Shown here: positions 55,931-64,000 of the stretch, piece by piece | How the letters are laid out: each line of letters starts with the position of its first letter | How positions within the stretch are numbered: position 1 is the first letter of the stretch | Assembly (NCBI GenBank): GCA_030679895.1 | Contig: JAUXSN010000047.1 | Span: forward strand, 65,328 to 129,327 | Source of the DNA: Candidatus Moraniibacteriota bacterium | GTDB lineage: Bacteria; Patescibacteriota; Minisyncoccia; Moranbacterales; UBA11712 | Direction of reading: 5' to 3' | DNA: 64,000 nt | The notes under the pieces: model-generated | Database searches by the model: none | What the model was told of the DNA's origin: nothing | The model's input: only the letters and a program-made list of their open reading frames with translations | Made by a program: the position numbers and the translations under genes

Positions 55931-57361
55931 CTATTTTTTGATCAGCAAATTCACGCTGTTTTGCGCTTGTTCGATGGCTTTGTTCGGATCGTCATTTTTG
56001 AGCGCAACATTATCGATCATATCGTCAAAAATCTTTTCAACAGCCAGATTGTCAGGCTGCGGCCAGCTCTTGGCGATAAGATTTCCTTCGGCAAAAGCCG
56101 CCATCAGCACGTCGCTTTTTTGCTTTTCGATGAGATCGCGGCGAGCAACCGGTTTTTTTTGGTTTTCCGCGTATTCTTTAGCCGGATCGTAAGCGGCGCT
56201 TTCCGTGGATGAAACCTGGCTAAAAGCAGGAGGCATAGTCAAATATCTTACAAACTTCCAGGCCTCCGCCGTTCTCTCTTCGTTGGTTGCCTGAACATTT
56301 CCGCTGGCTGCCGAACTTGAATCGCTCTGTATTACTTTATTTTTGGAAACCGCGTAGCCCCAATAATTGGCGAAGTTGATATTGAGTCCTTTTCCGCTCT
56401 TGTCCATATTCTGCGGAAGAGTTGATATTCCCAGATTCAGCTTTGGCGCTTTCGCTTGAATCTTGGGAAGCAGCCAGGAATAATTAAGCGTCATAGCCGT
56501 TTGGCCTTCGATAAAACTGTCCACTGAATTGTGCATCAGCGCGTTCCAGCAGTATTCCTTATTGTCCCGGTTGGAAAATTTTGTGTAATAGGAAAGAGCG
56601 GCTTGGCCGGGCGGCACTTGATTCTTGTTAGCCAAAGATTCTTCGGTAAAATCCGCGAAAGCGGCCGCTTTTCTCTTCTCATCATACATTTGAGTTCCGG
56701 CTTGCATCATAATGGCCGTCAAAATATCCGTGGCCCGGTTGATTTTTCCCTCGCCCGCGCCGGCGTCACTCGAAGCCCCCATGGCCGCACCGGAGATAAG
56801 GATATTTCCGAATGAATCAACTTTTGTAATTTTGGTCACGGCTTCATCAAATTCGGCCCACGTGCGGGGGGGAGACGAAATACCGGCTTGATTTAGAAGA
56901 TCCTTATTGGAAAATAAGGCTAAAGAATCAACCGAGAGGGGCAGGGCATAGACTTTGGAGTCTTTCACAAAATCCTGCGAGACAACGTCGACGAACGTAT
57001 CCTGCGCCTGCTTGGCGTTGACAATCTGATCGGGTGCCGGAAATAATTTATCCTGGTGCTTCGCAAGCCACGAATTGTGAATCAAAAAAACATCGGGTCC
57101 GTTGCCAGCCGCCAAAGCGTCCCGCAGATCGTTTTCATAGGAATCAATCGTGAGTTTTTTATATTGAATGTCTTTTATTGCCGGATTTCTTTTTCTATAC
57201 TCGCCAATCGCTTTTGCCATAGTGTCCGAATCATCAAAAAGTCCCCAGACTTCAAGGCTGACTTGCCGGCTGGAAACAGTTGACCGGCAGCCGCAACCGG
57301 AAAGAAGAATCACCGAAGAAAGCAAAAGGAAAGATAACGCGATTGATATTTTTTTATTCAC
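55931..57361 (-). CDS. Extracellular solute-binding lipoprotein (family 1)
   Basis: Lipobox LSGC; GPDVF, YALPLSVDSLALF.NKDL, PPRTW. Confidence 0.85.
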   Translation of the reverse strand: MNKKISIALSFLLLSSVILLSGCGCRSTVSSRQVSLEVWGLFDDSDTMAKAIGEYRKRNPAIKDIQYKKLTIDSYENDLRDALAAGNGPDVFLIHNSWLAKHQDKLFPAPDQIVNAKQAQDTFVDVVSQDFVKDSKVYALPLSVDSLALFSNKDLLNQAGISSPPRTWAEFDEAVTKITKVDSFGNILISGAAMGASSDAGAGEGKINRATDILTAIMMQAGTQMYDEKRKAAAFADFTEESLANKNQVPPGQAALSYYTKFSNRDNKEYCWNALMHNSVDSFIEGQTAMTLNYSWLLPKIQAKAPKLNLGISTLPQNMDKSGKGLNINFANYWGYAVSKNKVIQSDSSSAASGNVQATNEERTAEAWKFVRYLTMPPAFSQVSSTESAAYDPAKEYAENQKKPVARRDLIEKQKSDVLMAAFAEGNLIAKSWPQPDNLAVEKIFDDMIDNVALKNDDPNKAIEQAQNSVNLLIKK

Positions 57362-57544
57362 CCCATTGGAAATTAATTTTTATTTTTTGTCGCATTTCCG
57401 CAAGTTTATCTTGCTTTGATTTTACAATAAGTCGGGAAAAGAAACAACTGGCGTAAATTTGAAATTTGACTATTGTCAAAAATAAAATAAAGAGGCGGTT
57501 CCTAAAAAGAACCGCCTCAAGTTGAATATTCGTATTAAAAATTG

Positions 57545-59977
57545 TTACAGCACCGTTGTTGCCGCGATTTTATCGTCCTGATTGAGCCGCATCACGCGGA
57601 CTCCCTGCGTCGCCCGGCCCAAAGCGGAAATGCTTTTGACAGGCGTGCGGATGATCTGTCCCTTGGCCGAGCTCGCGATCAGATCCGTGTCCAGATTATC
57701 CGTGTTGACTATATGAGCCGAAACCAGCTTTCCGGTTTTGGGCGTAATTTTAGCCGTCTTTATCCCGCTTCCGCCCCGGCGCTGAATTTTATAACCCTTA
57801 AGATCGGATCTTTTTCCAAAGCCGTTTTCGGAAAAAACCAGGAGTTGATTCCCTTTTTGGTCCTTGAGCACCACGTCCATCCCGACAACCGCGTCATCGC
57901 GCCGGAGCTTTACGCCCCGCACTCCGGCGGCAGTGCGGCCCATTGGCCGGACATCTGTTTCCTTGAAATGAATAGCCTGGCCGCTACCGGTAGTGATGAT
58001 GACTTCGTCCTTTCCGGTTGTCGGCGCGATCCAACGGAGTTCGTCGTCTTTCACCAGATTAAGCGCGATCAATCCCGATCTTCGCACCTTGGCAAAATCT
58101 TCGATGGCCGTTTTTTTCACTGTCCCGAATTTCGTTGTCATAAAAAGATATTTCGCCCGGCTTCCTTTGCTGATGGAAATTACGGCTGTTATCTTTTCCC
58201 CCGGCGCGATTTGGAGAAAATTGACAATCGCTTGTCCCTTGGCAATTCGGGAGGAAACCGGAATCTCATAAGCCATTGTCTGGAATACTTTGCCGCTGTT
58301 GGTAAAAAAGAACAAACTGTCGTGGGTCATCGCCGTCACGACCCAGTCAATCGTATCGCCCTCTTTGGTTGACGCCCCAATGACGCCTTTTCCGCCCCGT
58401 TTTTGAACTTTATAGAAAGAAGGGGGCATCCGCTTGATATAGTCATCCTCCGTGAGGACAATCATCGTTTCTTCATCGGGAATAAGATCCTCCTGCTTGA
58501 ATTCTCCCACGGCCGATCTCACTACTCGTGTTCTTCTTTTATCTCCGTATTTTTCCTTGAGATCCGTCAGTTCTTTTTTTATAACAGCCAGAATTTTTTT
58601 GGCGCTTTTCAAAAGTTCTTCCAGTTCTTTGATTAAATTTCTTTTTTCCTTGAGTTCATCCTCGATTTTCTTCCGTTCCATCCCGGCGAGAGTTTGAAGT
58701 TTCATTTCCAAAATAGCTGTGGTCTGTTTGTCGGAAAACTTGAAGCGCTTCATCAAATTCCGGTGAGCTACTTCCTTGTCGGATGATTTTCTAATCGTGC
58801 TGATGATCGCGTCGATGTGATCAAGCGCTTTTTTGAGCCCTTCCAGAATGTGGGCCCGATCCTTGGCTCGCTCAAGCTCGAATTTTGTCCGGCGCGTCAC
58901 AACCACGCGCCGATGCGCGATAAAATATTCAAGAATCGCCTTCAGATTCAGGACTTTTGGCTCAATTCCGTCCACAAGAGCCAGCATATTGACGTGGAAA
59001 GACTTTTGAAGATCGGTCAGGCTGTAAAGTTTGTTGAGAACTTTTTTCGGAAAGGCTTCTTTTTTGAGATCAATCACGATTCTTACTCCGTCCTTATCGG
59101 ACTCGTCGCGGATGTCCCGGATGCCTTCCAACTTCCCCGTCTTCACCAGTTCGGCCATTTTTGCGATCGTAGTCGCTTTGTTGGAAGCGTAGGTCATCTC
59201 GGTCACAATGATTTGAAATTGGCCGTTTTTCGCTTCCACGATTTCAGCTTCGGCCCGCGTTACAATGCCTCCCCGGCCAGTCAGGTAGGCCTGTTCAATA
59301 TCAGCCTGATTATAAATCGAACCGCCGGTCGGGAAATCGGGGCCTTTCACAATTTTTGTCAGATCCTTGATTTCGCAGTCGGGATTTTCAATGAGATATG
59401 AAAGGCCGTCGACCAGTTCGTTCAGATTGTGAGGAGGTATATTCGTCGCCATTCCCACCGCGATTCCCATAGTGCCGTTGAGAAGCAGCTGGGGAACCTT
59501 GGCCGGGAGAACCGACGGCTCTTCGCGGGAAGAATCATAGTTGGGAACAAAATCAACCGTATTTTTCTCGATATCGGCCATCATCTCTTCGGCAAGACTT
59601 GTCAGCTTGGCTTCCGTATATCGCATGGCCGCCGCGCTGTCCCCATCCATCGAACCAAAATTTCCCTGGCCGTCCACCAGGGGATAGCGCATCGAAAAGT
59701 CCTGGGCCATGCGCACCATCGAGTCGTAAACCGCCGTGTCTCCGTGCGGATGGTATTTGCCCAGCACTTCCCCGACGACCGTGGCGGATTTTCTGTACTT
59801 GGCAGAATGGGTGAGGCCAAGTCCCCGCATAGCGAAAAGAATCCGGCGATGAACCGGTTTCATCCCGTCGCGGACATCCGGAAGCGCCCGGGAAACAATC
59901 ACGCTCATTGCGTAAGCCAGGTACGACTCTTTCATTTCACTGGTGATTTCCCTCGGTTTTATGTATCCAATTTCCAT
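57545..59977 (-). CDS. gyrA: DNA gyrase subunit A
   Basis: [29 protein letters not shown]; GyrA-box QKRGGKG. Confidence 0.98.
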   Translation of the reverse strand: MEIGYIKPREITSEMKESYLAYAMSVIVSRALPDVRDGMKPVHRRILFAMRGLGLTHSAKYRKSATVVGEVLGKYHPHGDTAVYDSMVRMAQDFSMRYPLVDGQGNFGSMDGDSAAAMRYTEAKLTSLAEEMMADIEKNTVDFVPNYDSSREEPSVLPAKVPQLLLNGTMGIAVGMATNIPPHNLNELVDGLSYLIENPDCEIKDLTKIVKGPDFPTGGSIYNQADIEQAYLTGRGGIVTRAEAEIVEAKNGQFQIIVTEMTYASNKATTIAKMAELVKTGKLEGIRDIRDESDKDGVRIVIDLKKEAFPKKVLNKLYSLTDLQKSFHVNMLALVDGIEPKVLNLKAILEYFIAHRRVVVTRRTKFELERAKDRAHILEGLKKALDHIDAIISTIRKSSDKEVAHRNLMKRFKFSDKQTTAILEMKLQTLAGMERKKIEDELKEKRNLIKELEELLKSAKKILAVIKKELTDLKEKYGDKRRTRVVRSAVGEFKQEDLIPDEETMIVLTEDDYIKRMPPSFYKVQKRGGKGVIGASTKEGDTIDWVVTAMTHDSLFFFTNSGKVFQTMAYEIPVSSRIAKGQAIVNFLQIAPGEKITAVISISKGSRAKYLFMTTKFGTVKKTAIEDFAKVRRSGLIALNLVKDDELRWIAPTTGKDEVIITTGSGQAIHFKETDVRPMGRTAAGVRGVKLRRDDAVVGMDVVLKDQKGNQLLVFSENGFGKRSDLKGYKIQRRGGSGIKTAKITPKTGKLVSAHIVNTDNLDTDLIASSAKGQIIRTPVKSISALGRATQGVRVMRLNQDDKIAATTVL

Positions 59978-59983
59978 ATATTT

Positions 59984-60349
59984 CTAAGGTAGTTGCGGAA
60001 TTTCGCTATTTTGTTCATTATTCTCCTGTGTCTGATTTTGAACGGCATTTAAATTATCTGCTCCAGCGTCATTCAGCTCCTGCGTGCCTATCTCATTCTG
60101 ATCCGGAAGTTGATTCCACATTTCTTCGATTGATTTTTTGCTATCGCCCATATCGCCTTTCAGGTTGTTCAGCTGATCCACTGCTGAAGGGTTGGCGTCA
60201 ACTTGTGATTCTTTGTTCATTTCAGAAAAAGAAACCAGCCAAATGACCAGTATTATCAAAAAGGACACTGCCGTTGCCGCAACAACAATTCTTTCCCGCT
60301 GGCGGGCGGGCTTGGCTCTTAATTTTTCAATATATTCGTTGATACTCAT
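59984..60349 (-). CDS. Single-TM hypothetical protein
   Basis: IEKLRAKP..RERI plus a TM helix. Confidence 0.7.
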   Translation of the reverse strand: MSINEYIEKLRAKPARQRERIVVAATAVSFLIILVIWLVSFSEMNKESQVDANPSAVDQLNNLKGDMGDSKKSIEEMWNQLPDQNEIGTQELNDAGADNLNAVQNQTQENNEQNSEIPQLP

Positions 60350-60352
60350 GCT

Positions 60353-61021
60353 TTATGAGCTTAGCGCTTCCATCAGCGCCACTTTTAATTCCTCTCCTTC
60401 CAGATCTTTCTTCTTGAGAATCAATTTGGCCAGTTTTTCCCTCGGGCAAAGTCCGATTTCTTTGCAAAATTTCTTTTCGTCGTCGATTTTCACCTTCGAA
60501 CCCGGTATACTATAATGTATCGGCAAAACTATCTTAGGCTCAACCTGATCCACTACCGCTTTAGCCTCTTTGCCGTCCAAAGTGAATGTTCCGCCTATTG
60601 GTACAGCCAAAATATCCACGCCGTTAATTTCCTCGAGTTGTTTTTTATCAAGCGGTCCGCCCAAGTCTCCCAGATGGCAAAAACGAATTCCTTCGCTTTC
60701 CAACACAAAAATTGTATTCAGCCCCCGCTCGGCTCCTTCTTGCTTATCGTGAAAAGCGCTGATTCCCCGAATGGATACGCCCTTGATCGAATATTCTCCC
60801 GGCAGATCCAGCACTTGAGGTTCGCCCTTCAAAGCTTCCGCGTTGTTGTGGTCGAAATGATCATGGCTCACGGTCACGATATCCGCCTTTCCTTGAGGCG
60901 GACGCAAACCGACTTCTTTATGGAATGGATCGGTAAAAATAATCACATCTTCTCCCGACCCGCGCCCTTCCGGCTTAGTTGTTATTTTGAAGCACGAATG
61001 CCCGTACCATTGAATAGTCAT
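60353..61021 (-). CDS. Metallo-beta-lactamase fold hydrolase
   Basis: GHSCF, SHDHFDHN, HLGDLG, PIHY. Confidence 0.92.
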   Translation of the reverse strand: MTIQWYGHSCFKITTKPEGRGSGEDVIIFTDPFHKEVGLRPPQGKADIVTVSHDHFDHNNAEALKGEPQVLDLPGEYSIKGVSIRGISAFHDKQEGAERGLNTIFVLESEGIRFCHLGDLGGPLDKKQLEEINGVDILAVPIGGTFTLDGKEAKAVVDQVEPKIVLPIHYSIPGSKVKIDDEKKFCKEIGLCPREKLAKLILKKKDLEGEELKVALMEALSS

Positions 61022-61106
61022 AAAAAAATCAGCTTATAGCTTAATTGATGGTAATAGAATAATAGCACGGCCAGAATAATATTTCAATGGCCTAAGCTTC
61101 AAGAAT

Positions 61107-61955
61107 CTAGCCCTTTTCCTGCTTTTTCTTTTGTTTTTCCCTATAAAAATTCGCAAGCTCTTCAACTTTTTTCCAATCCAGTTCATATTCTTTGTTTCTT
61201 GCGGATACTTTGTAGGTTTTCTTACCTTCTGGGTCTGTTTTTATGTCAATTGACCACCCCTCAAGGAGAAACAGTGAGCCGCCAATTTCATTTAGATTTT
61301 TTATGGGAGGCTTAAGACAGGCTAGAAGTATGGGTTCCGTGACTGTTTTGTGGTTTATGGCAATTAATTCATCTTCGGTACCTGACAACATTTCGTTGAT
61401 TGATTTGGCCTCTTCTGTTAAATAATAAGCGACTCGTTGGGCAACTTCTTCAGCTGATTCTGTTTCATAATCGTATTTTTTGTCCCATAGAGAGAGCCAG
61501 TATTCTACGGCTGGCTCCTCTATTTCCTCTACTACCTTTTCCTGCTCATCTGGATCCAAGGAATCATAGTTTTCCGGCTTTGGATTGAAACGAGGATTAT
61601 ATTCTTTTTTAATGAAATCGGATGAAAAATGAGGTGCATTTAGGATTCCTTTTACTCTCGTGGTCATAATTTGTGTTTTTTTCTCTCTTTCAAATGAACC
61701 ATACGTAATCCCTTCAGCGGTTTCCTTATTACGATCGAATTCCGAAGAATGAATTTCTGAAACATTCTCTGATGGAATATTATTACCTAACTCTCGACTT
61801 GCCAGCTTTCCTTTTTCTGACAAACCGGATTGCGATATTTTTCCTCCGACATGGGGATCAAATTGCGCTTTGTGGGCATGGCGGAGAAAATTAATTTTTA
61901 ATGCGCAATTTCTTCCGCGTTCGAATTTCTCTTTTGCCAGTTCCAAATCAGGCAT
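61107..61955 (-). CDS. Histidine phosphatase family protein
   Basis: FLRHA, SSEFDRNKETA, AINH. Confidence 0.75.
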   Translation of the reverse strand: MPDLELAKEKFERGRNCALKINFLRHAHKAQFDPHVGGKISQSGLSEKGKLASRELGNNIPSENVSEIHSSEFDRNKETAEGITYGSFEREKKTQIMTTRVKGILNAPHFSSDFIKKEYNPRFNPKPENYDSLDPDEQEKVVEEIEEPAVEYWLSLWDKKYDYETESAEEVAQRVAYYLTEEAKSINEMLSGTEDELIAINHKTVTEPILLACLKPPIKNLNEIGGSLFLLEGWSIDIKTDPEGKKTYKVSARNKEYELDWKKVEELANFYREKQKKKQEKG

Positions 61956-62907
61956 GCGATTTAATAAAATAATTAATCTCTTCTAAATCACCCGACGACC
62001 TTGTGCCAAATTGAGTACATTTAAAAGCTCCGCAAGCATTGGCAAACTGGCCAACTTTTTCAAGATCCCAACCTCTTAATAGCCCGTAGGAGAGCCCACC
62101 CATAAAAGCATCGCCCGCACCAACTGTGTCAAACGGCTTTATCTTAAATCCAGGAATGTGAAGGATTTTATCACTGGTCACGACAATGCATCCTTTTTCA
62201 GCCATTGTTACAACAACCATTTTGGGCCCCATCTTTAATATTTTTTCAATAACTTTTTGAGATATATTTTTTTTCTTCGTTAGTCCTAAAGCACCTGTTT
62301 TTGACAACTTGACGATGTCAGCTAATTTTAAGAGTCTTAAAAATTCTTTTTTTGTTCCGATTTTTTCTTTTTCTATCAAATACCAGGGGTCATCATCAAT
62401 ATCAACCAATATTTTAGTGCCACTCTTTTTCGCAATTTCCGCTCCCTCCAGCGCCGTGGCTAAAGGAATTACGGCCACTTCTGTATGAAAATGTCTCGCC
62501 GAAGCAATTATTTTATAAAATTTGTTTCTAACATGACTCGAAGTTAATTTCCTGGTGGCTCCTGGTATTCCGACCATATTCCATTCTCCTTTAGGATCAG
62601 TAGCAATCCAAAATTGTTGAGTTGGGGCTTTAGAAACATAAACAGGGAAAGAATTAATCTTGGCTTTTTTAAATTTATCAGTGAGATGCTTCGCCCAACT
62701 GTCATTTCCCAAAGCTCCTATCCAGGCAGCTCTAAGTCCGAGTTTGGCGACTTGGACAAGATTATTAGATGTAACACCACCTTCAGAAATTTCCAGTTGC
62801 GTTGCAATCACTTTATGATTGGGAGAGGGAAGTTTTGGCACTTTAGCTCTTAGATCTACCCCGCACCCGCCTAAACCAACGATGTCGTATTTTTTATTGA
62901 ATCGCAT
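61948..62907 (-). CDS. PfkB-family carbohydrate kinase
   Basis: EGGVTSN, DTVGAGDAFMGG. Confidence 0.92.
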   Translation of the reverse strand: MRFNKKYDIVGLGGCGVDLRAKVPKLPSPNHKVIATQLEISEGGVTSNNLVQVAKLGLRAAWIGALGNDSWAKHLTDKFKKAKINSFPVYVSKAPTQQFWIATDPKGEWNMVGIPGATRKLTSSHVRNKFYKIIASARHFHTEVAVIPLATALEGAEIAKKSGTKILVDIDDDPWYLIEKEKIGTKKEFLRLLKLADIVKLSKTGALGLTKKKNISQKVIEKILKMGPKMVVVTMAEKGCIVVTSDKILHIPGFKIKPFDTVGAGDAFMGGLSYGLLRGWDLEKVGQFANACGAFKCTQFGTRSSGDLEEINYFIKSHA

Positions 62908-63072
62908 ATATTTTTCCCTTACTTTTACATTTTTATGTTAACAGATTTATTCTTATTATCAAAACAAGAAACCGCCTTACCCTTGCCAAAAAACCCCTTC
63001 TATTATATACTCACAAAGAAACAAAGAGGGGATTTTTTGTTTTATATAATCATTAATCTAACCATTAATCCA

Positions 63073-64000
63073 ATGCTAGACAACATTTACGACACTCTGG
63101 CGAAAGAGGTCGACAAAGCAACCGAGGAAAAAGAAGAAAAAAGCGAAACTTCAGATATAAGCGCGAAAGGGGAAGATGAAAATTCAGCCGAAACTGACGA
63201 AACGAAAACAATTGTAGAGGAAAAAAGCGAGGCCGCTTCTGCCATGGCCGATTTTTTTAATCAGACCAAAATAGTTTTTCCGAAAGAGGGAGATGTTATT
63301 GAAGGAAAAGTAATCCAAATCGAATCAAACGCCATATATCTCGACCTTGGGATATTCGGAACCGGAATCGTTTTGGGGAAAGAAATTAAGGACGGCCTTG
63401 GCGCCACTGACCGATTGAAAGCCGGCGACAGCGTTTCAGCCACGGTTACCGATCTCGAGAATGACGACGGTTATATTGAACTGTCCATTCGCGAAGCGTC
63501 GATTGAAAAAGCCTGGCAAAATCTCGAAGTAAAGCAGGTTGAAGAAGAAACTTTTGATACTAAAATACTGGACGCCAACAAAGGCGGACTCATTGTCGAA
63601 GTAAACGGAATCATCGGCTTTCTTCCCGTTTCCCAGCTCTCCAGCGAACATTATCCCCGGGTTGAAGAAGGAGAGAAGAACAAAATTTTGGAAAAACTTC
63701 GTTCTTACATCGGAACTGAAATGCAGGTTCGGGTTATTGATACTGATCGGGAAGGCGAAAAGCTGATCGTAAGCGAGAAAGCGGCTTATAGCGGCCGGGA
63801 AAGAAAAGCGATCTCCGAACTTAAGGTCGGGGACGTGATTGAGGGGGAAGTCAGCGGCGTGGTGGATTTCGGAGCTTTTATAAAATTTCTGCCGCCGAGC
63901 AAAAAAGATTCGGCCATTGAGGAGGACAAGCTCGAGGGATTGGTTCATATTTCAGAATTGGCCTGGCAACTCATCGACAATCCCCGCGACGTCATCAAAA
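63073..64000 (+). CDS. rpsA: 30S ribosomal protein S1 (partial, runs off window)
   Basis: ATG at 63073, acidic N-terminus, then S1 repeats (ANKGGL..GFLPVSQL; DFGAF...EGLVHISELAW). Confidence 0.9.
   Translation, partial: MLDNIYDTLAKEVDKATEEKEEKSETSDISAKGEDENSAETDETKTIVEEKSEAASAMADFFNQTKIVFPKEGDVIEGKVIQIESNAIYLDLGIFGTGIVLGKEIKDGLGATDRLKAGDSVSATVTDLENDDGYIELSIREASIEKAWQNLEVKQVEEETFDTKILDANKGGLIVEVNGIIGFLPVSQLSSEHYPRVEEGEKNKILEKLRSYIGTEMQVRVIDTDREGEKLIVSEKAAYSGRERKAISELKVGDVIEGEVSGVVDFGAFIKFLPPSKKDSAIEEDKLEGLVHISELAWQLIDNPRDVIK

Noticed and set aside
1-64000. Alternative genetic code (TGA or TAG recoding)
   Set aside because: Conserved genes translate full length under code 11 and terminate at TGA (clpP) and TAG (rny, rplS).

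Overview
64-kb chromosomal segment of a reduced-genome bacterium using the standard genetic code. Gene content points to Patescibacteria/CPR, probably Parcubacteria: tandem TrbC/VirB2-like pilins, a TrmB regulator, RNase Y and no biosynthetic operons. The taxonomy is inferred. Core genes include recQ, hup, rny, gpmI, rbfA, infB, cca, ddl, nusA, ppa, tig, clpP, rplS, gyrA and a partial rpsA, plus 14 apparently complete tRNA genes. The most unusual signals are non-coding. (1) A complete tRNA-Pro(CGG), bracketed by a perfect 13-bp inverted repeat, is nested in the anticodon loop of a second, otherwise intact Pro-type tRNA; this lies directly downstream of the CCA-adding enzyme gene and a Zn-phospholipase C/P1-nuclease-like gene. 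(2) A family of ~23-bp REP-like palindromes brackets individual accessory genes in the first 16 kb and also sits in frame inside cca. (3) A 242-nt group I intron interrupts tRNA-Phe(GAA). (4) A cluster of parS-like sites is written into the coding sequence of an O-antigen ligase-like gene. (5) A pilin array includes a pilin-NlpC/P60 fusion. All calls come from reading the sequence; no database searches were run.
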